The notes beneath the pieces were generated by a model. That model searched no databases, was not told the origin of the DNA, and was given only the letters and a program-made list of their open reading frames with translations. Positions 26,473 through 40,798 of a stretch of DNA of 64,000 bases are shown one piece after another; position 1 is the first letter of the stretch; the number at the start of each line of letters is the position of its first letter. Source of the stretch: the human T2T-CHM13v2.0 reference genome, Homo sapiens. The position numbers and the translations under genes are program-made. The DNA lies in assembly GCF_009914755.1 (NCBI RefSeq), contig NC_060948.1. One strand, given 5' to 3'.

Positions 26473-29400
26473 CCTGGAATAAAGTGGAATGCTACGGTCT
26501 CGAATGGAATAAAAATGTATGGAATGGAATGCAATGAAACGGAATCGAATGTCATAGAATGTAATGGAATGCAAAAAAATGGAATCCAAAATCATTGACT
26601 GGAAAGGCTGGGTGTCGAAAGGAATTGACTCCAATGGAATGGAATCGAATGGAATGGAAGTGAATAGAATCGAACTAAATCGAATGGAATGGAATTGATA
26701 GGAACGGAATGGAAAGGAATGCAATGATTTGGCATGGAATGGAATCGAATGGCATCGAATGGAATGGAATGGAATGCAATGGAATGGAATGTATTAGAAT
26801 GTAATGAACTTTAATGGAATGTACTCGAATGGATTCGACTGGAATGGAATGTTCTGGAAGTGAATGGACTCCAATGGAATGGATTCAAAAGGAATGGAAT
26901 CGTACGGAATGGAATCTAATGGAATGGAATTAAATGGAAATGAATCAAATTGAATAGCACGGAATTGAATTGAATGGAATGGAATGCAATGGAATCTAAT
27001 GAAACGGAAAGGAAAGGAATGGAATGGAATGGAATGGGCTGGAATGGAAAGGAATCAAAACGAATGGAATGGAATCGAAGTGAAGAGACTGGAATGGAAT
27101 GCACTGGAATGGAAGGGAGTGTAATGGAAGGTTCTCGAAAAAAATGGAATCGAATGGAATGGAATTGAATGGAACGCAATAGAGTCGAATGGAATTGAAT
27201 GGAATGGAATGGACTAGAGTGAAATGGAATCGAACCACAAGGAATGGACAGGAATAGAATGGTCTCGAATTGAATGGAATCGTATGGAATGGCATCAAAC
27301 GGAATGGAATGGACAGCCACGGAATGGAATGCACTCGAATGCAATGGAGTCGAAACTAATGGACTGGAATAGAATGGACTCGACTGGTACGGACTCCAAT
27401 GGAATGGAATCGAATGGAAGGGAATCGAACGGAATGGAAACGAACGGAATGGACTCGAAGGGAAAAGACTGCAATGGAAAGGTCTCGAATGGAATGGAAA
27501 TTAATGGAATGGAATGGAATCGAATGAAATGGAGTCAAAAGGAATGGAATCGAATGGCAAGAAATCGAATGTAATGGAATCGCCAGGAATTGATGTGAAC
27601 GGAACGGAATGGAATGGAATCCAAAGGAATGGAATAGAATGGAATGGAATCGAATGGAAAGGACTCGAATGGAAATCACTCGAATAGAATGCAATTTAAT
27701 AAAATAGGATCAAATGTAATGGAATGGAATGGAAAGGAATCGAAACGAAAGGAATGGAGACAGATGGAATGGAATGGAACAGAGAGCAATGGTATAGAAT
27801 GGAATGGAATCATCTGGAATGGAATTGAATGGAATGGAATAATATGAAATGGAATGGAATGGAATGGAATGGAATGCCCTTGAATTAAATGGACTGGAAT
27901 GGAATGGACTCAAACAGAGTGGAATGGAAAGTGTGGAGATAGAATGGAATGAACTCCTTTGGAATGGTGTAGTATGCAATGCAATCGACTGGCAGGGAAT
28001 CAAAAGGAATGTAATCGAATGGATTGGACTGGAATGCAATGGACTCGAATAGATTGGAAACGGAATGCAAAGGAATGGAATGGAATAGTATGGAATGCAA
28101 TGGAAGGGAATGGAGTGGAATAGACTAGAGTGGAATGGAATGGACTGGAAAGCAATGGACTGGAATGGAACTTTCTTGGATGGACTGGAATCAAACGGAA
28201 TGGAATGCAATGCAATCAAATGGCATGGAATAAATTAGAATGAAAGAGAATCAAATGGAATTGAATCGAATGGAATCGAATGGATTGGAAAGGAATAGAA
28301 TGGAATGGAATGGAATGGACTCAAATGGAATGTACTAGAATGGAATGGATTCGAATGGAAGGCAAAGGAATGGAATCTATTGGAATGGACTGTAATGGAA
28401 TGGAATGGAAGGGATTGGAATGGACTCGAATGGAATGGACTGCAATAGACAGGATTCGAATGGAATGAAAAAGAATTGAATGGAATAGAACAGAATGGAA
28501 TCAAATCGAATGAAATGGAATGGAATAGAAAGGAATGGAATGAAATGGAATGGAAAGGATTCGAATGGAATGCAATCGAATGGAATGGAATCGAACGGAA
28601 TGGAATAAAATTGAAGAAAACTGGCAAGAAATGGAATCGAAATGAATGGAGTGTTATGGAACGGACTCAAAAGGAATTGAATGTAATAGAATGGAGTGGA
28701 GTGGACTCGAATATAATGGACTGGAATGGAATGAAATCACATGGAATGGGAACGAATGGAATGGAATGGAAAGGAATGGAATCGAATGGAAAGGAATCGA
28801 ATGGAAGGGAATGAAATTGAATCAACACGAATGGAAGGGAATAGAATAGACTGTAATGGAATGGACTCGAATAGAATGGACACGAATGCTCAAATTAAAT
28901 GGACTCGAATGGAATGGAAACGAAAGGAATGTCACCGAATGGAATTGAATCGATTGGAATGAAATCGCATAGAATGGAGTGGAATCAAATGGAATTGAAT
29001 CGAAAGGAAAGGAAGCGAATGGACTGAAATGAAATGGAATGGAATTGAATGGAAAGTAATGCAATGGAATAGAATGGAACGAAATTTCACGGAATGGAAT
29101 CAAACTGAATGGAATCAAATCAATGGAATCAAATCAAATGGAATGGAAAGGAATTGAATGGAGTAGATGGGATTGGATGGGATTGGAATGAAATGTACTG
29201 GAAAGGACTCGAATTTCATGAAACGGAATGGAATGAATTGGAACGGAATGGACTCGAATGGAATGGAATGTCATGGGATGGCATCAAATGGAATGACATC
29301 AAATGGAATGGAATCGAATGCAATGGAATGCTATGGAATGGAATGGAATGCATTGGAATGGAATGTCCGCTAATGGAATGGATTCGAGTGGAATGGAATT

Positions 29401-30056
29401 GAATATAATGGAGTCGAATGAAATGGAATTGAAAGGAATGGGATCGAATACAATGGAATATACTGGAATGTAACGTAATGAACTCGAATGTAATTGACTG
29501 GAATGGAATGTACATGAATGGAATGTAATCGAATGGAAAGTAATCCAATGGAATAGAATCTAATGCAATAAAATCGACTCAGATAGAGTAGAATGTAATG
29601 GAATGGAGTGCAGTGCAATGGAATGGAATGGAATGGAATGCAATGGAATGGAATGGAATGGAATGGAATGGAATGGAATGGAATGGAATGGGATGGAATG
29701 GTATGGAATGGATAGTAATGGACTGGAGTGAAATGGACTGGAAAGGAATGGACTCAAATTGAAAGGGCTCGAAAGGAATGGAGTCAAATGGAATGGTCTG
29801 GAATGGAATGAACACGAATGTAATGCAACCCAATAGAATGGAATCGAATGGCATGGAATATAAAGAAATGGAATCGAAGAGAATGGAAACAAATGGAATG
29901 GAATTGAATGGAATGGAATTGAATGGAATGGGAACGAATGGAGTGAAATTGTATGCAGTAGAAGAGAATAGAATGGAATGCAAGCGAAAGGAAAGGAATG
30001 GATTGGAATGGAATGGAATTCATTGGAATGGAAGGGAATGTAGTGTAATGGACAGG
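26473..30056 (+). repeat. DYZ1: DYZ1 unit 8 (3584 bp), subfamily B
   Basis: GGCC 26471 to 30055. Confidence 0.92.
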
Positions 30057-33000
30057 CCTGGAATAAAGTGGAATGCTACGGTCTCGAATGGAATAAAAAT
30101 GTATGGAATGGAATGCAATGAAACGGAATCGAATGTCATAGAATGTAATGGAATGCAAAAAAATGGAATCCAAAATCATTGACTGGAAAGGCTGGGTGTC
30201 GAAAGGAATTGACTCCAATGGAATGGAATCGAATGGAATGGAAGTGAATAGAATCGAACTAAATCGAATGGAATGGAATTGATAGGAACGGAATGGAAAG
30301 GAATGCAATGATTTGGCATGGAATGGAATCGAATGGCATCGAATGGAATGGAATGGAATGCAATGGAATGGAATGTATTAGAATGTAATGAACTTTAATG
30401 GAATGTACTCGAATGGATTCGACTGGAATGGAATGTTCTGGAAGTGAATGGACTCCAATGGAATGGATTCAAAAGGAATGGAATCGTACGGAATGGAATC
30501 TAATGGAATGGAATTAAATGGAAATGAATCAAATTGAATAGCACGGAATTGAATTGAATGGAATGGAATGCAATGGAATCTAATGAAACGGAAAGGAAAG
30601 GAATGGAATGGAATGGGCTGGAATGGAAAGGAATCAAAACGAATGGAATGGAATCGAAGTGAAGAGACTGGAATGGAATGCACTGGAATGGAAGGGAGTG
30701 TAATGGAAGGTTCTCGAAAAAAATGGAATCGAATGGAATGGAATTGAATGGAACGCAATAGAGTCGAATGGAATTGAATGGAATGGAATGGACTAGAGTG
30801 AAATGGAATCGAACCACAAGGAATGGACAGGAATAGAATGGTCTCGAATTGAATGGAATCGTATGGAATGGCATCAAACGGAATGGAATGGACAGCCACG
30901 GAATGGAATGCACTCGAATGCAATGGAGTCGAAACTAATGGACTGGAATAGAATGGACTCGACTGGTACGGACTCCAATGGAATGGAATCGAATGGAAGG
31001 GAATCGAACGGAATGGAATCGAACGGAATGGACTCGAAGGGAAAAGACTGCAATGGAAAGGTCTCGAATGGAATGGAAATTAATGGAATGGAATGGAATC
31101 GAATGAAATGGAGTCAAAAGGAATGGAATCGAGTGGCAAGAAATCGAATGTAATGGAATCGCCAGGAATTGATGTGAACGGAACGGAATGGAATGGAATC
31201 CAAAGGAATGGAATAGAATGGAATGGAATCGAATGGAAAGGACTCGAATGGAAATCACTCGAATAGAATGCAATTTAATAAAATAGGATCAAATGTAATG
31301 GAATGGAATGGAAAGGAATCGAAACGAAAGGAATGGAGACAGATGGAATGGAATGGAACAGAGAGCAATGGTATAGAATGGAATGGAATCATCTGGAATG
31401 GAATTGAATGGAATGGAATAATATGAAATGGAATGGAATGGATTGGAATGGAATGCTCTTGAATTAAATGGACTGGAATGGAATGGACTCAAACAGAGTG
31501 GAATGGAAAGTGTGGAGATAGAATGGAATGAAGTCCTTTGGAATGGTGTAGTATGCAATGCAATCGACTGGCAGGGAATCAAAAGGAATGTAATCGAATG
31601 GATTGGACTGGAATGCAATGGACTCGAATAGATTGGAAACGGAATGCAAAGGAATGGAATGGAATAGTATGGAATGCAATGGAAGGGAATGGAGTGGAAT
31701 AGACTAGAGTGGAATGGAATGGACTGGAAAGCAATGGACTGGAATGGAACTTTCTTGGATGGACTGGAATCAAACGGAATGGAATGCAATGCAATCAAAT
31801 GGCATGGAATAAAATAGAATGAAAGAGAATCAAATGGAATTGAATCGAATGGAATCGAATGGATTGGAATGGAATAGAATGGAATGAAATGGAATGGACT
31901 CAAATGAAATGGACTAGAATGGAATGGATTCGAATGGAAGGCAAAGGAATGGAATCTATTGGAATGGACTGTAATGGAATGGAATGGAAGGGATTGGAAT
32001 GGACTCGAATGGAATGGACTGCAATAGAAAGGATTCGAATGGAATGAAAAAGAATTGAATGGAATAGAACAGAATGGAATCAAATCGAATGAAATGGAAT
32101 GGAATAGAAAGGAATGGAATGAAATGGAATGGAAAGGATTCGAATGGAATGCAATCGAATGGAATGGAATCGAACGGAATGGAATAAAATGGAAGAAAAC
32201 TGGCAGGAAATGGAATCGAAATGAATGGAGTGTTATGGAACGGACTCAAAAGGAATTGAATGTAATAGAATGGAGTGGAGTGGACTCGAATATAATGGAC
32301 TGGAATGGAATGAAATCACATGGAATGGGAACGAATGGAATGGAATGGAAAGGAATGGAATCGAATGGAAAGGAATCGAATGGAAGGGAATGAAATTGAA
32401 TCAACACGAATGGAAGGGAATAGAATAGACTGTAATGGAATGGACTCGAATAGAATGGACACGAATGCCCAAATTAAATGGACTCGAATGGAATGGAAAC
32501 GAAAGGAATGTCACCGAATGGAATTGAATCGATTGGAATGAAATCGCATAGAATGGAGTGGAATCAAATGGAATTGAATCGAAAGGAAAGGAAGCGAATG
32601 GACTGAAATGAAATGGAATGGAATTGAATGGAAAGTAATGCAATGGAATAGAATGGAACGAAATTTCACGGAATGGAATCAAACTGAATGGAATCAAATC
32701 AATGGAATCAAATCAAATGGAATGGAAAGGAATTGAATGGAGTAGATGGGATTGGATGGGATTGGAATGAAATGTACTGGAAAGGACTCGAATTTCATGA
32801 AACGGAATGGAATGAATTGGAACGGAATGGACTCGAATGGAATGGAATGTCATGGGATGGCATCAAATGGAATGACATCAAATGGAATGGAATCGAATGC
32901 AATGGAATGCTATGGAATGGAATGGAATGCATTGGAATGGAATGTCCGCTAATGGAATGGATTCGAGTGGAATGGAATTGAATATAATGGAGTCGAATGA

Positions 33001-33630
33001 AATGGAATTGAAAGGAATGGGATCGAATACAATGGAATATACTGGAATGTAACGTAATGAACTCGAATGTAATTGACTGGAATGGAATGTACATGAATGG
33101 AATGTAATCGAATGGAAAGTAATCCAATGGAATAGAATCTAATGCAATAAAATCGACTCAGATAGAGTAGAATGTAATGGAATGGAGTGCAGTGCAATGG
33201 AATGGAATGGAATGGAATGCAATGGAATGGAATGGAATGGAATGGAATGGAATGGAATGGAATGGGATGGAATGGTATGGAATGGATAGTAATGGACTGG
33301 AGTGAAATGGACTGGAAAGGAATGGACTCAAATTGAAAGGGCTCGAAAGGAATGGAGTCAAATGGAATGGTCTGGAATGGAATGAACACGAATGTAATGC
33401 AACCCAATAGAATGGAATCGAATGGCATGGAATATAAAGAAATGGAATCGAAGAGAATGGAAACAAATGGAATGGAATTGAATGGAATGGAATTGAATGG
33501 AATGGGAACGAATGGAGTGAAATTGTATGCAGTAGAAGAGAATAGAATGGAATGCAAGCGAAAGGAAAGGAATGGATTGGAATGGAATGGAATTCATTGG
33601 AATGGAAGGGAATGTAGTGTAATGGACAGG
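30057..33630 (+). repeat. DYZ1: DYZ1 unit 9 (3574 bp), subfamily B
   Basis: GGCC 30055 to 33629; private 5-bp deletion near 30605. Confidence 0.92.
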
Positions 33631-36600
33631 CCTGGAATAAAGTGGAATGCTACGGTCTCGAATGGAATAAAAATGTATGGAATGGAATGCAATGAAACGG
33701 AATCGAATGTCATAGAATGTAATGGAATGCAAAAAAATGGAATCCAAAATCATTGACTGGAAAGGCTGGGTGTCGAAAGGAATTGACTCCAATGGAATGG
33801 AATCGAATGGAATGGAAGTGAATAGAATCGAACTAAATCGAATGGAATGGAATTGATAGGAACGGAATGGAAAGGAATGCAATGATTTGGCATGGAATGG
33901 AATCGAATGGCATCGAATGGAATGGAATGGAATGCAATGGAATGGAATGTATTAGAATGTAATGAACTTTAATGGAATGTACTCGAATGGATTCGACTGG
34001 AATGGAATGTTCTGGAAGTGAATGGACTCCAATGGAATGGATTCAAAAGGAATGGAATCGTACGGAATGGAATCTAATGGAATGGAATTAAATGGAAATG
34101 AATCAAATTGAATAGCACGGAATTGAATTGAATGGAATGGAATGCAATGGAATCTAATGAAACGGAAAGGAAAGGAATGGAATGGAATGGAATGGGCTGG
34201 AATGGAAAGGAATCGAAACGAATGGAATGGAATCGAACTGAAGAGACTGGAATGGAATGCACTGGAATGGAAGGGAGTGTAATGGAAGGTTCTCGAAAAA
34301 AATGGAATCGAATGGAATGGAATTGAATGGAACGGAATAGAGGCGAATGGAATTGAATGGAATGGAATGGACTAGAGTGAAATGGAATCGAACCACAAGG
34401 AATGGACAGGAATAGAATGGTCTCGAATTGAATGGAATCGTATGGAATGGCATCAAACGGAATGGAATGGACAGCCACGGAATGGAATGCACTCGAATGC
34501 AATGGAGTCGAAACTAATGGACTGGAATAGAATGGACTCGACTGGTACGGACTCCAATGGAATGGAATCGAATGGAAGGGAATCGAACGGAATGGAATCG
34601 AACGGAATGGACTCGAAGGGAAAAGACTGCAATGGAAAGGTCTCGAATGGAATGGAAATTAATGGAATGGAATGGAATCGAATGAAATGGAGTCAAAAGG
34701 AATGGAATCGAGTGGCAAGAAATCGAATGTAATGGAATCGCCAGGAATTGATGTGAACGGAACGGAATGGAATGGAATCCAAAGGAATGGAATAGAATGG
34801 AATGGAATCGAATGGAAAGGACTCGAATGGAAATCACTCGAATAGAATGCAATTTAATAAAATAGGATCAAATGTAATGGAATGGAATGGAAAGGAATCG
34901 AAACGAAAGGAATGGAGACAGATGGAATGGAATGGAACAGAGAGCAATGGTATAGAATGGAATGGAATCATCTGGAATGGAATTGAATGGAATGGAATAA
35001 TATGAAATGGAATGGAATGGAATGGAATGGAATGCCCTTGAATTAAATGGACTGGAATGGAATGGACTCAAACAGAGTGGAATGGAAAGTGTGGAGATAG
35101 AATGGAATGAAGTCCTTTGGAATGGTGTAGTATGCAATGCAATCGACTGGCAGGGAATCAAAAGGAATGTAATCGAATGGATTGGACTGGAATGCAATGG
35201 ACTCGAATAGATTGGAAACGGAATGCAAAGGAATGGAATGGAATAGTATGGAATGCAATGGAAGGGAATGGACTGGAATAGACTAGAGTGGAATGGAATG
35301 GACTGGAAAGCAATGGACTGGAATGGAACTTTCTTGGATGGACTGGAATCAAACGGAATGGAATGCAATGCAATCAAATGGCATGGAATAAAATAGAATG
35401 AAAGAGAATCAAATGGAATTGAATCGAATGGAATCGAATGGATTGGAAAGGAATAGAATGGAATGGAATGGAATGGACTCAAATGGAATGTACTAGAATG
35501 GAATGGATTCGAATGGAAGGCAAAGGAATGGAATCTATTGGAATGGACTGTAATGGAATGGAATGGAAGGGATTGGAATGGACTCGAATGGAATGGACTG
35601 CAATAGAAAGGATTCGAATGGAATGAAAAAGAATTGAATGGAATAGAACAGAATGGAATCAAATCGAATGAAATGGAATGGAATAGAAAGGAATGGAATG
35701 AAATGGAATGGAAAGGATTCGAATGGAATGCAATCGAATGGAATGGAATCGAACGGAATGGAATAAAATGGAAGAAAACTGGCAGGAAATGGAATCGAAA
35801 TGAATGGAGTGTTATGGAACGGACTCAAAAGGAATTGAATGTAATAGAATGGAGTGGAGTGGACTCGAATATAATGGACTGGAATGGAATGAAATCACAT
35901 GGAATGGGAACGAATGGAATGGAATGGAAAGGAATGGAATCGAATGGAAAGGAATCGAATGGAAGGGAATGAAATTGAATCAACACGAATGGAAGGGAAT
36001 AGAATAGACTGTAATGGAATGGACTCGAATAGAATGGACACGAATGCTCAAATTAAATGGAATCGAATGGAATGGAAACGAAAGGAATGTCACCGAATGG
36101 AATTGAATCGATTGGAATGAAATCGCATAGAATGGAGTGGAATCAAATGGAATTGAATCGAAAGGAAAGGAAGCGAATGGACTGAAATGAAATGGAATGG
36201 AATTGAATGGAAAGTAATGCAATGGAATAGAATGGAACGAAATTTCACGGAATGGAATCAAACTGAATGGAATCAAATCAATGGAATCAAATCAAATGGA
36301 ATGGAAAGGAATTGAATGGAGTAGATGGGATTGGATGGGATTGGAATGAAATGTACTGGAAAGGACTCGAATTTCATGAAACGGAATGGAATGAATTGGA
36401 ACGGAATGGACTCGAATGGAATGGAATGTCATGTGATGGCATCAAATGGAATGACATCAAATGGAATGGAATCGAATGCAATGGAATGCTATGGAATGGA
36501 ATGGAATGCATTGGAATGGAATGTCCGCTAATGGAATGGATTCGAGTGGAATGGAATTGAATATAATGGAGTCGAATGAAATGGAATTGAAAGGAATGGG

Positions 36601-37209
36601 ATCGAATACAATGGAATATACTGGAATGTAACGTAATGAACTCGAATGTAATTGACTGGAATGGAATGTACATGAATGGAATGTAATCGAATGGAAAGTA
36701 ATCCAATGGAATAGAATCTAATGCAATAAAATCGACTCAGATAGAGTAGAATGTAATGGAATGGAGTGCAGTGCAATGGAATGGAATGGAATGGAATGCA
36801 ATGGAATGGAATGGAATGGAATGGAATGGAATGGAATGGAATGGGATGGAATGGTATGGAATGGATAGTAATGGACTGGAGTGAAATGGACTGGAAAGGA
36901 ATGGACTCAAATTGAAAGGGCTCGAAAGGAATGGAGTCAAATGGAATGGTCTGGAATGGAATGAACACGAATGTAATGCAACCCAATAGAATGGAATCGA
37001 ATGGCATGGAATATAAAGAAATGGAATCGAAGAGAATGGAAACAAATGGAATGGAATTGAATGGAATGGAATTGAATGGAATGGGAACGAATGGAGTGAA
37101 ATTGTATGCAGTAGAAGAGAATAGAATGGAATGCAAGCGAAAGGAAAGGAATGGATTGGAATGGAATGGAATTCATTGGAATGGAAGGGAATGTAGTGTA
37201 ATGGACAGG
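33631..37209 (+). repeat. DYZ1: DYZ1 unit 10 (3579 bp), subfamily B
   Basis: GGCC 33629 to 37208. Confidence 0.92.
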
Positions 37210-40200
37210 CCTGGAATAAAGTGGAATGCTACGGTCTCGAATGGAATAAAAATGTATGGAATGGAATGCAATGAAACGGAATCGAATGTCATAGAATGTA
37301 ATGGAATGCAAAAAAATGGAATCCAAAATCATTGACTGGAAAGGCTGGGTGTCGAAAGGAATTGACTCCAATGGAATGGAATCGAATGGAATGGAAGTGA
37401 ATAGAATCGAACTAAATCGAATGGAATGGAATTGATAGGAACGGAATGGAAAGGAATGCAATGATTTGGCATGGAATGGAATCGAATGGCATCGAATGGA
37501 ATGGAATGGAATGCAATGGAATGGAATGTATTAGAATGTAATGAACTTTAATGGAATGTACTCGAATGGATTCGACTGGAATGGAATGTTCTGGAAGTGA
37601 ATGGACTCCAATGGAATGGATTCAAAAGGAATGGAATCGTACGGAATGGAATCTAATGGAATGGAATTAAATGGAAATGAATCAAATTGAATAGCACGGA
37701 ATTGAATTGAATGGAATGGAATGCAATGGAATCTAATGAAACGGAAAGGAAAGGAATGGAATGGAATGGAATGGGCTGGAATGGAAAGGAATCGAAACGA
37801 ATGGAATGGAATCGAAGTGAAGAGACTGGAATGGAATGCACTGGAATGGAAGGGAGTGTAATGGAAGGTTCTCGAAAAAAATGGAATCGAATGGAATGGA
37901 ATTGAATGGAACGGAATAGAGGCGAATGGAATTGAATGGAATGGAATGGACTAGAGTGAAATGGAATCGAACCACAAGGAATGGACAGGAATAGAATGGT
38001 CTCGAATTGAATGGAATCGTATGGAATGGCATCAAACGGAATGGAATGGACAGCCACGGAATGGAATGCACTCGAATGCAATGGAGTCGAAACTAATGGA
38101 CTGGAATAGAATGGACTCGACTGGTACGGACTCCAATGGAATGGAATCGAATGGAAGGGAATCGAACGGAATGGAATCGAACGGAATGGACTCGAAGGGA
38201 AAAGACTGCAATGGAAAGGTCTCGAATGGAATGGAAATTAATGGAATGGAATGGAATCGAATGAAATGGAGTCAAAAGGAATGGAATCGAGTGGCAAGAA
38301 ATCGAATGTATTGGAATCGCCAGGAATTGATGTGAACGGAACGGAATGGAATGGAATCCAAAGGAATGGAATAGAATGGAATGGAATCGAATGGAAAGGA
38401 CTCGAATGGAAATCACTCGAATAGAATGCAATTTAATAAAATAGGATCAAATGTAATGGAATGGAATGGAAAGGAATCGAAACGAAAGGAATGGAGACAG
38501 ATGGAATGGAATGGAACAGAGAGCAATGGTATAGAATGGAATGGAATCATCTGGAATGGAATTGAATGGAATGGAATAATATGAAATGGAATGGAATGGA
38601 ATGGAATGGAATGCCCTTGAATTAAATGGACTGGAATGGAATGGACTCAAACAGAGTGGAATGGAAAGTGTGGAGATAGAATGGAATGAAGTCCTTTGGA
38701 ATGGTGTAGTATGCAATGCAATCGACTGGCAGGGAATCAAAAGGAATGTAATCGAATGGATTGGACTGGAATGCAATGGACTCGAATAGATTGGAAACGG
38801 AATGCAAAGGAATGGAATGGAATAGTATGGAATGCAATGGAAGGGAATGGACTGGAATAGACTAGAGTGGAATGGAATGGACTGGAAAGCAATGGACTGG
38901 AATGGAACTTTCTTGGATGGACTGGAATCAAACGGAATGGAATGCAATGCAATCAAATGGCATGGAATAAAATAGAATGAAAGAGAATCAAATGGAATTG
39001 AATCGAATGGAATCGAATGGATTGGAAAGGAATAGAATGGAATGGAATGGAATGGACTCAAATGGAATGTACTAGAATGGAATGGATTCGAATGGAAGGC
39101 AAAGGAATGGAATCTATTGGAATGGACTGTAATGGAATGGAATGGAAGGGATTGGAATGGACTCGAATGGAATGGACTGCAATAGAAAGGATTCGAATGG
39201 AATGAAAAAGAATTGAATGGAATAGAACAGAATGGAATCAAATCGAATGAAATGGAATGGAATAGAAAGGAATGGAATGAAATGGAATGGAAAGGATTCG
39301 AATGGAATGCAATCGAATGGAATGGAATCGAACGGAATGGAATAAAATGGAAGAAAACTGGCAGGAAATGGAATCGAAATGAATGGAGTGTTATGGAACG
39401 GACTCAAAAGGAATTGAATGTAATAGAATGGAGTGGAGTGGACTCGAATATAATGGACTGGAATGGAATGAAATCACATGGAATGGGAACGAATGGAATG
39501 GAATGGAAAGGAATGGAATCGAATGGAAAGGAATCGAATGGAAGGGAATGAAATTGAATCAACACGAATGGAAGGGAATAGAATAGACTGTAATGGAATG
39601 GACTCGAATAGAATGGACACGAATGCTCAAATTAAATGGAATCGAATGGAATGGAAACGAAAGGAATGTCACCGAACGGAATTGAATCGATTGGAATGAA
39701 ATCGCATAGAATGGAGTGGAATCAAATGGAATTGAATCGAAAGGAAAGGAAGCGAATGGACTGAAATGAAATGGAATGGAATTGAATGGAAAGTAATGCA
39801 ATGGAATAGAATGGAACGAAATTTCACGGAATGGAATCAAACTGAATGGAATCAAATCAATGGAATCAAATCAAATGGAATGGAAAGGAATTGAATGGAG
39901 TAGATGGGATTGGATGGGATTGGAATGAAATGTACTGGAAAGGACTCGAATTTCATGAAACGGAATGGAATGAATTGGAACGGAATGGACTCGAATGGAA
40001 TGGAATGTCATGTGATGGCATCAAATGGAATGACATCAAATGGAATGGAATCGAATGCAATGGAATGCTATGGAATGGAATGGAATGCATTGGAATGGAA
40101 TGTCCGCTAATGGAATGGATTCGAGTGGAATGGAATTGAATATAATGGAGTCGAATGAAATGGAATTGAAAGGAATGGGATCGAATACAATGGAATATAC

Positions 40201-40798
40201 TGGAATGTAACGTAATGAACTCGAATGTAATTGACTGGAATGGAATGTACATGAATGGAATGTAATCGAATGGAAAGTAATCCAATGGAATAGAATCTAA
40301 TGCAATAAAATCGACTCAGATAGAGTAGAATGTAATGGAATGGAGTGCAGTGCAATGGAATGGAATGGAATGGAATGCAATGGAATGGAATGGAATGGAA
40401 TGGAATGGAATGGAATGGAATGGAATGGAATGGGATGGAATGGTATGGAATGGATAGTAATGGACTGGAGTGAAATGGACTGGAAAGGAATGGACTCAAA
40501 TTGAAAGGGCTCGAAAGGAATGGAGTCAAATGGAATGGTCTGGAATGGAATGAACACGAATGTAATGCAACCCAATAGAATGGAATCGAATGGCATGGAA
40601 TATAAAGAAATGGAATCGAAGAGAATGGAAACAAATGGAATGGAATTGAATGGAATGGAATTGAATGGAATGGGAACGAATGGAGTGAAATTGTATGCAG
40701 TAGAAGAGAATAGAATGGAATGCAAGCGAAAGGAAAGGAATGGATTGGAATGGAATGGAATTCATTGGAATGGAAGGGAATGTAGTGTAATGGACAGG
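37210..40798 (+). repeat. DYZ1: DYZ1 unit 11 (3589 bp), subfamily B
   Basis: GGCC 37208 to 40797; near-twin of unit 10. Confidence 0.92.
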